From NCBI GenBank assembly GCA_963812155.1, contig CAWETW010000003.1, forward strand, positions 160,001 through 224,000: a stretch of 64,000 nt of DNA. The letters run 5' to 3'. This stretch comes from Vulcanimicrobiota bacterium (GTDB taxonomy: Bacteria > Vulcanimicrobiota > Vulcanimicrobiia > Vulcanimicrobiales > Vulcanimicrobiaceae). The notes beneath the pieces are model-generated. The model worked only from the letters and a program-made list of their open reading frames with translations, made no database searches and was not told where the DNA came from. A program made the position numbers and the translations under genes. Positions 21,409-31,716 of the stretch are shown here, one piece after another; positions within the stretch are counted from its first letter, which is position 1, and each line of letters begins with the position of its first letter.

Positions 21409-21675
21409 ATGAAGATTAACGTCGAGCGCATCCCGCCCCACAGCCATGTCGACCTCTACGTTTCACCCTCATGCCCGTACTGCCGCGCCGCGATCGCGCA
21501 CTACGATGCCGCCGGCACGGATTACGTCGTGCACGACGCGCAGAACGACGCGGCCGCGCGGCGCACGATGTTCGGCTATACCAACGGCGACCCGACCGTG
21601 CCGGCAATCGTCGTCGACGGAGCGTACGTTCAGTCCGGCTGGGGCTCGCCGCCGCGCGGTTGAACCGTTCACTGA
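21409..21675 (+). CDS. Glutaredoxin-like protein, probable selenoprotein (Sec at UGA 21661; ends RG-U-TVH*)
   Basis: CPYC and TVPAIVVDG motifs. The UGA is followed by three sense codons, a second TGA and a SECIS-like hairpin. Without recoding the ORF ends at 21663. Confidence 0.8.
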
Positions 21676-21698
21676 GCGCACGGTCCGTGCGTGATGAA
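21661..21698 (+). promoter_or_regulatory. Bacterial SECIS element
   Basis: UGA, 18 nt, then GGUC at the apex of stem GCGCACG/CGTGCGT; lower stem TTCA/TGAA. Confidence 0.75.
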
Positions 21699-21770
21699 GG
21701 GAATGGCAGCCGCGGCTGCGCACTCGAGGTTCCTTAGGCTACTCCCTCTGATGAACGTGGAGGCTTTTGC

Positions 21771-22109
21771 ATGAACGCGAGCGACACCGCTGCAGCCGGC
21801 TTGGCGAGCGGTATCATCCTCTTTGCCGTAATCGTCGGGTGCGCGATTACGGTCTTCTACGTCTGGGTTTTCTGGCGCGTCTTCGCCAAAACCGGAATGA
21901 ACGGCGCCCTCGGTTTGATCTGCCTGATCCCGATCGGACCGCTGATCTGCATGTTGATTCTGGCTTTCACGCGTTGGCCGCTCGAGGACGCACTGGCCGC
22001 GCACGGCGGCAGCATGCCGCAATCCCCGTACACGCCGCCTTCGCCGCCGCCGCCCCCGCCTCCGCAGTTGGGATCGCAGCCGCCGGGCAGCACGATTACG
22101 CCGACTTAG
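21771..22109 (+). CDS. Small membrane protein with a Pro-rich C-terminus
   Basis: GGAGG RBS; TM segments with WRVFAKTG...LICLIP...LAFTRWP; poly-Pro tail. Confidence 0.75.
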   Translation: MNASDTAAAGLASGIILFAVIVGCAITVFYVWVFWRVFAKTGMNGALGLICLIPIGPLICMLILAFTRWPLEDALAAHGGSMPQSPYTPPSPPPPPPPQLGSQPPGSTITPT

Positions 22110-23551
22110 CCTTCCTCAGAGCGCACGGCGGCAATCCAGCGTTCGACGTCGGACGCCTGCGACGGCAGCGCCGCCGATAAGTTTTCGGCGCTGCCCGTCG
22201 TGACCGCGACGTCGTCTTCAATGCGCACGCCGATGCCGCGAAAGCGCTCCGGCACGGTGGCGTCGTCGGGCTGGAGGTAAATGCCCGGTTCGACGGTGAG
22301 CACCATGCCCGGTCGAAGCGTTCCGTAACGGTACGCCTCCGCGCGTGCGCGGGCGCAATCGTGCACGTCGATGCCGAGCATATGGCTGACGTTGTGCAGC
22401 GTATAGCGGCGGAAGAACTCGTTGGACGGATCGAGCGCTTCGTCGAGCGAGACGTTGAGGATGCCGAGATCGATGAGCCCTTCGGCCAGCACCCGCATCG
22501 CGCGCCGGTTCGGTTCGAGAAAATCGTTACCCGCAACGGCGGCCGCGATTCCCTCGCGTTGCGCCTGCCACACGAGGTCGTACACGGCGCGCTGCTCGGG
22601 CGAAAACGTTCCGGAAACCGGAAGCGTGCGCGTGACGTCGGCCGTGTAGAGCGAGTTCCGCTCGACCCCGGCGTCGAGAAGCAACAAGCCGTCGCCCGCG
22701 AGGGTCCCGTCGTTGCGCGTCCAGTGCAGCGTGCACGCGTGCTCGCCGGAAGCGGCGATCGTCAAGTAGCCGACGTCGTTGGCGTCGATACGGGCGCGGC
22801 TGGAAAACGCCGCCTCGATTTCTCGTTCGCTCGCGCCCGGTTTCATCACGCGGATAACCGCTTCGAAGCCGGTTTTGGTGAGCGCGCAGGCGGCTCGCAG
22901 CTCGTCGAGTTCGTAGTCGTCTTTCACCAAGCGCATCTCGGCGAGGTGGGTTGCGAGCTCGGCATCGCGGCCGGCTTGCGCCAACGCCGCGTCGACCGCG
23001 TCGTCGGCGTTGCGCACCAGCGCGTGCGCCGCCGTGGTTGCCGCGACGGCTCCGAGATACGCAGCGCGATCGCGCAGCGGACGGCACTCGTCGACGCCGT
23101 AGTACGCGGCGCTCTCTTCTACGCCGCGATGACGTCCGACCCAAAGTTCTCCGACCGCGCGGTCGGTAAAAAACGCTCGCGTGCCGCGATTGTGTTCGCG
23201 TACGAACAGCACCGTCCGGTGACCCGCGCCCTGCGGTTCGAGAACGAGCAGCGCGTCGGGTTCGCCGTCACCCATGAGGTACGCAAAATCGCTGCTGGGA
23301 CGAAAGCGGAAATACGTGTCGTTCGCGCGCACGCGCTCCCGCCCGCAGGGAATCAGGACGTACGCGCCGCGATACGCGTGCGAGAGCGCCGCCCGGCGCG
23401 CTCGATGACGCTCGAGCTGCGGATGCGGACGCAGATCCGGGGAACGATCGAGCCAGCCGCCGGCCATGAACGCCTCGAGGGCGGCGGGCGTTTCGGAGTC
23501 GTGGCCGGTCCGCTGCGGCGCGGACGGTTCGGCAATACCTTCGCTCGACAT
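22106..23551 (-). CDS. pepP: Xaa-Pro aminopeptidase (M24B)
   Basis: RANDTYFRFRPSSDFAYL, CTLHW, DAGVE, ADVTRT, HMLGIDVHD, TVEPGIY, GVRIEDD. Confidence 0.93.
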   Translation of the reverse strand: MSSEGIAEPSAPQRTGHDSETPAALEAFMAGGWLDRSPDLRPHPQLERHRARRAALSHAYRGAYVLIPCGRERVRANDTYFRFRPSSDFAYLMGDGEPDALLVLEPQGAGHRTVLFVREHNRGTRAFFTDRAVGELWVGRHRGVEESAAYYGVDECRPLRDRAAYLGAVAATTAAHALVRNADDAVDAALAQAGRDAELATHLAEMRLVKDDYELDELRAACALTKTGFEAVIRVMKPGASEREIEAAFSSRARIDANDVGYLTIAASGEHACTLHWTRNDGTLAGDGLLLLDAGVERNSLYTADVTRTLPVSGTFSPEQRAVYDLVWQAQREGIAAAVAGNDFLEPNRRAMRVLAEGLIDLGILNVSLDEALDPSNEFFRRYTLHNVSHMLGIDVHDCARARAEAYRYGTLRPGMVLTVEPGIYLQPDDATVPERFRGIGVRIEDDVAVTTGSAENLSAALPSQASDVERWIAAVRSEEG

Positions 23552-23641
23552 GATGCCTGCAGCTTCGCGCCCAGTAGAAGCCGCTCCGCTCGCGCGAGGA
23601 ACCGGCAGCGGGCGGCGAGGCGATGGTCGAAACGCCTGGCG

Positions 23642-24019
23642 ATGAGCGACTTGAAGATCGAGGTGCGGGCGAACGATACGCTCGCCAACGAACGAACGTT
23701 TCTCGCCTACGCGCGCACGGCGCTGGCGTTCATCGCGTTCGGCTTCGTCATCGCCCGCTTTGCATTGTTCGCGCGCGAGTTGTCGGTGCTGGTGCACTCG
23801 AGCCACGGCAGCGAGACCATCTCGATGGCGTTCGGAACCGGGATGGCGGTCTTCGGCATCGCCATTGCGATCTTGGGCGCGTGGCGTTATGCCGTGACCG
23901 ATCGCGGATTGCGCCGGGGCGTCGTCGAGCGGCTCTCGGTCACGGGCGGCTACGTGCTCGCGCTCGTCATCGCGGCCATCGGCGTCGTCGTAGCGATCGC
24001 GCTGCTGGGGTATCGCTAA
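23642..24019 (+). CDS. YidH/DUF202 family membrane protein
   Basis: LANERTFLAYARTALAFIAFGF. Confidence 0.9.
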   Translation: MSDLKIEVRANDTLANERTFLAYARTALAFIAFGFVIARFALFARELSVLVHSSHGSETISMAFGTGMAVFGIAIAILGAWRYAVTDRGLRRGVVERLSVTGGYVLALVIAAIGVVVAIALLGYR

Positions 24020-24894
24020 GAGCCTACGTCCAAGCCGAAATCGAGTGCCGGAGCGCTGTGCGTGAGCCAGCCGGCACTGACGACGTTCACACCGCTGTGC
24101 GCGATGGCAACGATCGTGTCGGGCGTGACGCCGCCGCTGGCTTCGGTAAGCACGCGTCCGCCGACGAGCCGTACCGCGTGGCCGAGTTGTTCGGGCGTCA
24201 TGTTGTCGAGCAGAACCGCATCGATCGGTTCGTCGAGTGCCTCGCGCAGCTGTTCGAGCGTATCCACTTCGACCTCCACCTTCACGGTGTGTCCCACGCG
24301 CGCGCGCACCGCCGCCACCGCGGCGTGAATCGATCCGGCGATCGCCAAGTGATTGTCTTTGACGAGCACCGCGTCGTCCAAGCCGAACCGGTGGTTGTCG
24401 CCGCCGCCGCAGCGCACGGCGTATTTCTCGAGCGCGCGCAAGCCGGGGGTCGTTTTGCGCGTGTCGGCCACGCGAGTGCGCGTGCCGGCGAGGAGGTCGA
24501 CGAGCGCGCGGGTCGCGGTTGCAATTCCCGAGAGCCGGCAGAGAAAATTGAGCACGGTACGTTCGCCGGTGAGAATCGTTCGCGCGCGGCCACGAATTTC
24601 CGCGACGGATTCGCCGGCCGCGACCGCGTCGCCGTCGGCGGCTGCCGGAACGCACTCGACGGCATCGTCGAGCAAGCGAAATGCGAGGAACGCCGGTTCG
24701 AGGCCGGCGACGACGCCCGCCTTGCGCGCGACGATGCGCGCGCGTGCCTGCGTGTTGCCGGGCACGATCGCGTCGGTCGTCAAATCGCCGCCGCGGCCGA
24801 TATCCTCGAGCAGCGCGGCGCGCACGAGCGGTTCGACGGCGAAGCGAACGAGTTCAGACAACGCCGGCAAACCGGGTGAACGAGCGTTTTGCAA
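24016..24894 (-). CDS. nadC: Nicotinate-nucleotide diphosphorylase (carboxylating)
   Basis: LEDIGRGGDLTT, DTRKTTPGLR, HRFGLDD, KDNH, LLDNM, EASGGV. Confidence 0.97.
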   Translation of the reverse strand: MQNARSPGLPALSELVRFAVEPLVRAALLEDIGRGGDLTTDAIVPGNTQARARIVARKAGVVAGLEPAFLAFRLLDDAVECVPAAADGDAVAAGESVAEIRGRARTILTGERTVLNFLCRLSGIATATRALVDLLAGTRTRVADTRKTTPGLRALEKYAVRCGGGDNHRFGLDDAVLVKDNHLAIAGSIHAAVAAVRARVGHTVKVEVEVDTLEQLREALDEPIDAVLLDNMTPEQLGHAVRLVGGRVLTEASGGVTPDTIVAIAHSGVNVVSAGWLTHSAPALDFGLDVGS

Positions 24895-26383
24895 GCGCCT
24901 CGTCGGCTTCGGCGAAGTCGCTGCGAAAGTGGCTGCCGCGGCTCTCGTGGCGCGCCAGCGCTGCTTCGGCGACGAGCCGTCCGACGACGAGCAGATTGCG
25001 CAGATCGCCTTCCGCGCCGGCGAACGTTTCCTCGAGTTCGCGAATGCGCGCGAGCGCTTCGCGCAGGGCGCGTTCGTGGCGGACGAGCCCGACGTTGGTG
25101 TACATCACGTTGCGCAGGTCGCTGATCGCTTGCGCGGCGCCGCCGGAAGCGCCTGCAGGCGCGTCGTAGGCGAATCGTTTCGGTCGAACGCGCGCCTCGG
25201 CATTGGCGACGTCGGACGCGACGCGCGATCCGTAGACGAGCGCCTCGAGCAGCGAATTGCTCGCGAGGCGGTTGGCGCCGTGCACGCCGGTTGCGCTCGT
25301 CTCGCCGCACGCCCACAAACGTGAAAGCGTGGTGCGTCCCCACTCGTCCACCGCGACGCCGCCCATGTGATAGTGTGCCGCCGGAGCGACCGGAATGTTC
25401 TGCACGCGCGGATCGATGCCGGCCGACATGCAAAATCCGAAGACCGTCGGAAACTCGTGGGGAAAGCGCGCGCCGATAGCGTCGCGCGCATCGAGACCGA
25501 CGGTGCGCCCGCGCTGCATTTGCTCGAAGATTGCGCGCGCAACGACGTCGCGCGGAGCCAGTTCGGCGTCCGGATGAACGTCGGTCATGAACCGTTCGCC
25601 GAGATCGTTGACGAGCATCGCACCTTCGCCGCGCACCGCCTCGGTGACGAGCGGCATTGGATCGCGTCCGATTGCCAGCGCCGTCGGATGGAACTGCACG
25701 AACTCCATGTCGGCGAGCAGCGCGCCGGCTCGCGCCGCCATCGCGATGCCGTCACCGGTCGCCTGCACCGGATTGGTCGTATAGCGGTAGAGGCGGCCGA
25801 TGCCGCCGGTCGCAAGCACCACCGCACCGGCGCTGAATGCGACGGTCGAACCCGATCGCGTCGTCGCGGCCGTAGACGCCGAGCACGGCATCGTCTTCTA
25901 CGATGAGATCGAGCGCGGTCACATTCTCGACAATCGTCGATCGACGGCTGCGCTTCGACGGCTTCGATCAGCGTGCGTGAGAATGTCGTGGCCGGTGGCG
26001 TCGCCGCCCGCCTTGACGATGCGGCGGCGCTGGTGCGCCGCTTCGCGCCCGAGCGCGAGTTCGCCGGCATCGTCTGCGATCGAATGCCGCGCCGAGTTCG
26101 AGCAATTCTTCGATCCGCGCCGGCGCGTCGTCCGTGAGAATTTCGACGATCGTCTCGTCGCTGATGCCGGCGCCGGCACGTTGCGTGTCGATCGCGTGCA
26201 GCGTCGGCGAATCGTCCTTGCCCATCGCCGCCGCGATGCCGCCCTGCGCCCAATCGGTGGCCGCGCCGATTCCGAGCCGCGTCTTGCACAGCACGGTCAC
26301 GCGCATCGGTACCAGTTTCAGCGCGGCCATCAGACCGGCGATGCCGGCGCCGACGACGATCGCGTCGCTGTGACGTCTTCCAT
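24854..26383 (-). CDS. nadB: L-aspartate oxidase (several frameshifts in the 5' half)
   Basis: IVVGAGIAGL, WAQGGIAAA, VVLATGG, MEFVQFHPT, ELAPRDVVAR, HYHMGG, GVHGANRLASNSLLE. Confidence 0.92.
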
Positions 26384-26394
26384 CAATCGAAGGA

Positions 26395-27442
26395 CTAGTC
26401 GCGCGGCTGCAGGCTGAAGCTCGAGCATGCGCTCGACCGATCGGCGCGCGCGTTCGGCAACCTCCGGCGCGATCGGTCACTTCGTACTCCATCGCTTCGA
26501 GCGAATGCAGCATCTTCGGCAGCGTGTTGCGTTTCATGTGCGGACAGAGATTGCACGGCCGCACGAACTCGACGTTCGGATAGCGCGCCGCGACGTTGTC
26601 GGCCATCGAACACTCGGTCATCAGCAGCACGCGCGATGCGCTGCTCGGCTCTGCGATGCCGCGTTCAGCGTGCCGACGTACTCGATCATGCCTTGCGTCG
26701 AGCCGATGTAGTCGGCTTCGGCGAGCACGTCGGGCGGACATTCGGGATGCGCGATCACGATCAAGCCGCGGATCGTCTTCGGCGAAAGCGGCGGATGTCG
26801 TCGCCGGTGAAGCGCTCGTGCACTTCGCAGTGGCCCTTCCACGCGACGATTTCGACGTCGGTTTTCGACGCGACGTACTTCGGCGAGATACTCGTCCGGA
26901 AGAAAGATTACGTGTCGGAACGCCGAGCGATTCGACGATCTGCACCGCGTTGCCGCTGGTGACGCAGACGTCGGATTCGGCTTTTACTTCCGCCGACGTA
27001 TTGACGTACGTAACGACCGGAACGCCGGGATACGTTTCGCGCAGCAGGCGCACGTCGGCTCCGGTGATCGACTCGGCGAGCGAACAGCCGGCTTTCAGAT
27101 CCGGGCACGAGCACGGTCTTGCCCGGATTGACGAGTTTCGCGGTTTCCGCCATGAAGTGGACGCCGCACAGCACGATAACGTCGGCGTCGGTTTCGCGCG
27201 GCCTGCATCGCCAGCGCCAGCGAGTCGCCGACGATGTCGGCGACGGTGTAGAAAATCTCCGGAACCTGATAGTTGTGCGCCAGGATGACGGCGTTGCGCT
27301 CGCGCTTGAGTCGGTTGATCGCGGCGACGTAGGGCGCGTGCAGCGGCCATTCGACTCGGGGAATGACGTGCGCGACGCGCTCGAAGATCGGATCGGTTTC
27401 GGCCGCGACGTCGGGCGTGTAGGGAAGATCGAGGACGCTCAT
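26395..27442 (-). CDS. nadA: Quinolinate synthase (several frameshifts)
   Basis: [59 protein letters not shown] spread across frames. Confidence 0.92.
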
Positions 27443-27462
27443 CGGGTGCGGTTCTGGGTTGC

Positions 27463-27524
27463 GGCAGCGCGGGCGGCGGCCCTGCTCGCAGCGAGCGGCC
27501 GCCCGTCGCGTGTTGCGGCCTGCC
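27463..27524 (-). promoter_or_regulatory. Long GC-rich hairpin in the nadA leader (candidate cis-regulatory RNA)
   Basis: GGCAG-[GCCGCAACA bulge]-CGCG...GGCGGCC-GCUCG/CGAGC-GGCCGCC...CGCG-CUGCC, ending 20 nt before the nadA ATG. Confidence 0.45.
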
Positions 27525-27580
27525 CGGAGGGTACGAGAGTTACTGGAGACACACTCGAAAGCCAATCGTAGGAGGATTTC

Positions 27581-27712
27581 ATGAGCCGATGGTTTGCCGG
27601 CCTCGCCTTGGCGGGCATGGTCGTGCTCGGCGCAAGCGCAATCGGGGCCACGGCACAGCCCTACCCGTCGCCTTCGCCCTCGCCGTCTTCAACGCCGACG
27701 ATGCAGCCGTAA
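27581..27712 (+). CDS. 43-aa secreted peptide (signal peptide plus Pro/Ser-rich tail), absent from the ORF track
   Basis: AGGAGG, 5 nt, [46 protein letters not shown]. Confidence 0.65.
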   Translation: MSRWFAGLALAGMVVLGASAIGATAQPYPSPSPSPSSTPTMQP

Positions 27713-27839
27713 GGCACGCTTTCCCCGGGGATCCGCGATCGCACCGCCCAGGCGGTGCGATCTCTTTTTGTGACCCAGGTCAAAAAAAATCGTTCGAGTC
27801 GCCAGGAAAGAAGATTGCAGTCACTAATCGTGGGCCCTG

Positions 27840-27859
27840 AAGGTGACTGAAGTTACCTT
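27840..27859. promoter_or_regulatory. Palindromic operator-like site upstream of the sulfate ABC operon
   Basis: AAGGTGAC-TGAA-GTTACCTT; related copies at 31843 and 42303. Confidence 0.55.
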
Positions 27860-27902
27860 TGCCTGGCTACCGTCTCGAGCCTTTAAGGAGCCTCCCACGA
27901 CC

Positions 27903-28931
27903 ATGCACCGGCCTCGGAACATCCTCGCCCTCTTCACGGCGGCTACCCTCCTATTCGGCGCCGGCCTTCCATCGAAGACCAACGCCGCCGGGACGCTGAC
28001 GATATTGAACGTCTCGTTCGACCCGACGCGCGAACTCTACAACGACTTCAACGCACAGTTCGTCAAGTTTTGGCGTGCCAAATCGGGACAGACCGTCAAC
28101 GTCGAGCAATCCAACGGCGGCTCCGGCAAACAGGCACGGGCCGTGATCGACGGCCTTCAGGCCGACGTCGTCACGCTGGCGCTCGCCTACGACGTCGACG
28201 CCATCGCGCAGAACGCGAAACTGTTGCCGGAGAACTGGCAATCGCGTTTGCCCGACAACAGCGCTCCCTACACGTCGACGATCGTCTTTCTGGTGCGCAA
28301 AGGCAATCCGAAGAAAATCCACGACTGGAACGACCTCATCAAACCCGGCGTTTCGGTGATCATGCCCAATCCCAAAACGTCCGGCGGAGCGCGCTGGAAC
28401 TTTTTGGCGGCGTGGGCATACGCGCTGAAGCGTCCCGGCGGGAACCCAGGGCGCGCGCGCGATTTCGTCGCGAGGCTCTACAAAAACGTGCCCGTGCTCG
28501 ACTCAGGCGCGCGCGGTTCGACGACGACGTTCGTCGAGCGCGGCTTGGGCGACGTGCTCGTTGGTTGGGAAAGCGACGCCCTGCTCGCGACGCACACGCT
28601 CGGCCCGCAGAAATTTGAAATGGTCATTCCGTCGCTGAGCATTCTTGCGGAGCCGTCGGTTGCGCTCGTGGATAAAGTGGCCGACGCGAAAGGAACCCGC
28701 GCGGTGGCGCAAGCGTACCTCCAGTATCTCTACACTCCGCAAGGGCAAGAGATCATCGCTCGCCATTTCTTCCGTCCGCGGCTGGCGTCGGTGACGAAAC
28801 GCTACGCGTCGACGTTCGCAAACGTCAAAACCGTGACCGTCGACAAGACGTTCGGCGGCTGGCAGAACGCGCAAAAAACGTACTTCGCCGATGGCGGTAT
28901 CTTCGACCAAATCTATCAACCGAGTCAGTAG
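27903..28931 (+). CDS. sbp: Sulfate ABC transporter substrate-binding protein
   Basis: [50 protein letters not shown]. Confidence 0.96.
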   Translation: MHRPRNILALFTAATLLFGAGLPSKTNAAGTLTILNVSFDPTRELYNDFNAQFVKFWRAKSGQTVNVEQSNGGSGKQARAVIDGLQADVVTLALAYDVDAIAQNAKLLPENWQSRLPDNSAPYTSTIVFLVRKGNPKKIHDWNDLIKPGVSVIMPNPKTSGGARWNFLAAWAYALKRPGGNPGRARDFVARLYKNVPVLDSGARGSTTTFVERGLGDVLVGWESDALLATHTLGPQKFEMVIPSLSILAEPSVALVDKVADAKGTRAVAQAYLQYLYTPQGQEIIARHFFRPRLASVTKRYASTFANVKTVTVDKTFGGWQNAQKTYFADGGIFDQIYQPSQ

Positions 28932-28942
28932 AAAAAGACGTC

Positions 28943-29803
28943 ATGGCTATCACGCTGCGGCGGCGCAGCATCGTGCCCGGCTTCGGGCTGACGCTCGGAT
29001 TTACGGTGCTGTACCTCAGCCTCATGGTGTTGATTCCGCTGTCGGTGGCGTTCTGGAAAGCGTCGTCGCTCGGCGTGGGAGCGTTTTGGCACATCGTTAC
29101 GGCGCCGCGCGCGGTCGCATCCTACGAGGTGACCTTCGGATGCTCGCTCGTCGCCGCGACGATCAACATCGTCTTCGGACTGCTCACCGCGTGGGTGCTC
29201 GTTCGCTACCGGTTCCCGCTGAAACGGCTTTTCGATACGCTGGTAGACTTGCCGTTTGCTTTGCCGACGGCCGTTGCGGGCATCGCTCTGACGGCCATCT
29301 ACGCATCGAACGGTTGGCTCGGAAAGCCATTGCTGGCGCTCGGCATCCACGCCGCGTACTCGCGCATCGGCATCGTGATCGCGTTGACGTTCATCGGACT
29401 GCCCTTCGTCGTGCGAACGGTCCAACCGGTGCTCCAAGATCTCGATGCGGAGTTCGAGGAAGCGGCGGCGAGTCTCGGGGCGGGCCGCCTGCAAACGTTT
29501 GCGCGCGTGCTGCTTCCGACGATCTTCCCGGCCGCGCTGACCGGCTTTGCGCTGGCATTCGCCCGGGCGGTCGGGGAGTACGGCTCGGTGATTTTCATCG
29601 CGGGCAACATGCCGATGCGAACCGAGATCACGCCGCTGCTCATCGTCACGAAGCTCGAGCAATACGACTATGCCGGCGCGACGGCGATTGCGGTGGCGAT
29701 GCTGATCGTTTCCTTTGTGATGCTGCTCACGATCAACGTGCTGCAGCATTGGAGCACGACGCAGCGTGAGGAACGTTCGGCCGCAGAGGCGCCCAGTGGC
29801 TAA
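28943..29803 (+). CDS. cysT: Sulfate ABC transporter permease CysT
   Basis: PGFGLTLG, DLPFALPTAVAG, PFVVRTVQP, EEAAASLGA, GEYGSV. Confidence 0.96.
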   Translation: MAITLRRRSIVPGFGLTLGFTVLYLSLMVLIPLSVAFWKASSLGVGAFWHIVTAPRAVASYEVTFGCSLVAATINIVFGLLTAWVLVRYRFPLKRLFDTLVDLPFALPTAVAGIALTAIYASNGWLGKPLLALGIHAAYSRIGIVIALTFIGLPFVVRTVQPVLQDLDAEFEEAAASLGAGRLQTFARVLLPTIFPAALTGFALAFARAVGEYGSVIFIAGNMPMRTEITPLLIVTKLEQYDYAGATAIAVAMLIVSFVMLLTINVLQHWSTTQREERSAAEAPSG

Positions 29804-30674
29804 AGTGCTGACGTGGAACCAGCCGCAACCGATCGATCTTCCGGCTGCGGCGCGCGCGAGCGCGACGTCGGAGCCGGTCGCGGTGCGGTGGCTGCTGATT
29901 GCCGTCGCCGTCGCGTTCTTGTCGCTCTTTATTTTTCTCCCGCTCGCGATCGTCTTTGCGACGGCATTTCGCAGCGGCCTCGCCGGATTCGCGCACACCT
30001 TTACCGACGCCGACACGTTGGCGTCCATTCGGCTGACGTTGATCGCCGCCGCCATCGCGGTGCCGATGAACGTTGCGTTCGGCGTGACCGCGGCATGGGC
30101 CATCGGCAAATTCGAGTTCGTCGGAAAGAGCCTGCTCATCACGCTGATCGATCTGCCGTTCTCCGTTTCGCCGGTGGTGGCCGGACTCGTGTTCGTGCTG
30201 CTCTTGGGCGCTCAAGGATTGATCGGACCGTGGCTGATCGCGCACGGCATACGCATCATCTTCGCGATCCCGGGCATCGTGCTGGTCACCGCATTCGTGA
30301 CGTTCCCATTCGTGGCGCGCGAACTGCTGCCGACGATGCAGGCGCAGGGCAACGACGAAGAAGAGGCCGCGTTGGCGCTCGGTGCGAGCGGATGGAAGAC
30401 CTTTTGTCGCGTGACCCTGCCCAAAGTAAAGTGGGCGCTGCTCTACGGCGTCATCCTCTGCAACGCGCGCGCAATGGGCGAGTTCGGCGCGGTCTCGGTC
30501 GTTTCGGGCCACATCCGCGGCCTCACCGATACGATGCCCCTTCAGATCGAGTTTTTGTACAACGACTATCAATACGTGGCGGCCTTCGCGGTCGCGTCGC
30601 TGCTCGCGCTGCTCGCGCTGGTGACGCTCGTCGTGAAGACCGTCGTTGAATGGAGAACCGGCCATGAGCATTAG
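29796..30674 (+). CDS. cysW: Sulfate ABC transporter permease CysW
   Basis: [41 protein letters not shown]. Confidence 0.96.
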   Translation: MAKVLTWNQPQPIDLPAAARASATSEPVAVRWLLIAVAVAFLSLFIFLPLAIVFATAFRSGLAGFAHTFTDADTLASIRLTLIAAAIAVPMNVAFGVTAAWAIGKFEFVGKSLLITLIDLPFSVSPVVAGLVFVLLLGAQGLIGPWLIAHGIRIIFAIPGIVLVTAFVTFPFVARELLPTMQAQGNDEEEAALALGASGWKTFCRVTLPKVKWALLYGVILCNARAMGEFGAVSVVSGHIRGLTDTMPLQIEFLYNDYQYVAAFAVASLLALLALVTLVVKTVVEWRTGHEH

Positions 30675-31716
30675 CCTGCGCGGGATCAGCAAATCGTTCG
30701 GCAGTTTCAACGCGCTTGCGGGCGTCGATCTCGACATTCCCGCTGGAAAGTTGATGGCGCTGCTCGGGCCGTCGGGCTCGGGGAAGACCACCTTATTGCG
30801 CATCGTGGCGGGCTTGGAATACGCCGACGCGGGGTCGGTGCGGTTCGACGGTACCGACGTCACGAGTCACTCGCCCGGCGAGCGCCGGGTCGGATTCGTC
30901 TTTCAGCACTACGCGCTGTTCCGCCACATGACGGTCTTCGAAAACGTCGCGTTCGGATTGCGCGTGCGTTCGCGGTCGTCGCGCCCGACCGAAGCCCGGA
31001 TTCGCGAGAAAGTCTACGATTTACTGAATCTCATCCAGCTGCGTAGTCAAGCGTCGCGTTATCCGTCGCAACTCTCGGGCGGCCAGCGTCAGCGCGTCGC
31101 GCTGGCGCGCGCGTTGGCGGTCGAGCCGAGCGTGCTGCTTCTCGACGAGCCGTTCGGTGCGCTGGATGCAAAGGTTCGGCTGGAGCTGCGGCGTTGGCTG
31201 CGTCACCTGCACGAAGAAGCGAATATCACGAGCGTTTTCGTCACCCACGATCAAGAAGAGGCGCTGGAGGTTGCCGATCGCGTTGCCGTGATGAATCACG
31301 GACGCATCGAACAAGTCGGTGCTCCCGAAGACGTGTATAACGACCCTGCGACGTCGTTCGTCTTCAACTTTCTGGGAAGCGTCAATCTTTTCCACGCGCG
31401 CCTCGAGCACGGCACCGCCTACATCCACGACAGCGCGACCGAGCATCTCGGATTCGTACGTCCGCATTTGCTCGAGATCTCGCGCCGCCGGCCCGACAAT
31501 GGAAATCACTTCCGGGCCGTCGCCAAACGCATCCATGCCGCCGGTCCTCTGGTCAAGGTCGAGGCGGTCACCGAATGGGGGACGGCCGTCCACGCCGAGC
31601 TCTCGCAGGAGCGCTTTCGCGAACTCGCACTTGCGACCGGAGAGGAGATTTTCATGGCTCCGACCGACCTGCGGGTCTTCAAGAACGGGGAAGGTAAGGC
31701 AGCGGCCCAGGCTTGA
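30664..31716 (+). CDS. cysA: Sulfate ABC transporter ATP-binding protein
   Basis: [34 protein letters not shown]. Confidence 0.96.
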   Translation: MSISLRGISKSFGSFNALAGVDLDIPAGKLMALLGPSGSGKTTLLRIVAGLEYADAGSVRFDGTDVTSHSPGERRVGFVFQHYALFRHMTVFENVAFGLRVRSRSSRPTEARIREKVYDLLNLIQLRSQASRYPSQLSGGQRQRVALARALAVEPSVLLLDEPFGALDAKVRLELRRWLRHLHEEANITSVFVTHDQEEALEVADRVAVMNHGRIEQVGAPEDVYNDPATSFVFNFLGSVNLFHARLEHGTAYIHDSATEHLGFVRPHLLEISRRRPDNGNHFRAVAKRIHAAGPLVKVEAVTEWGTAVHAELSQERFRELALATGEEIFMAPTDLRVFKNGEGKAAAQA

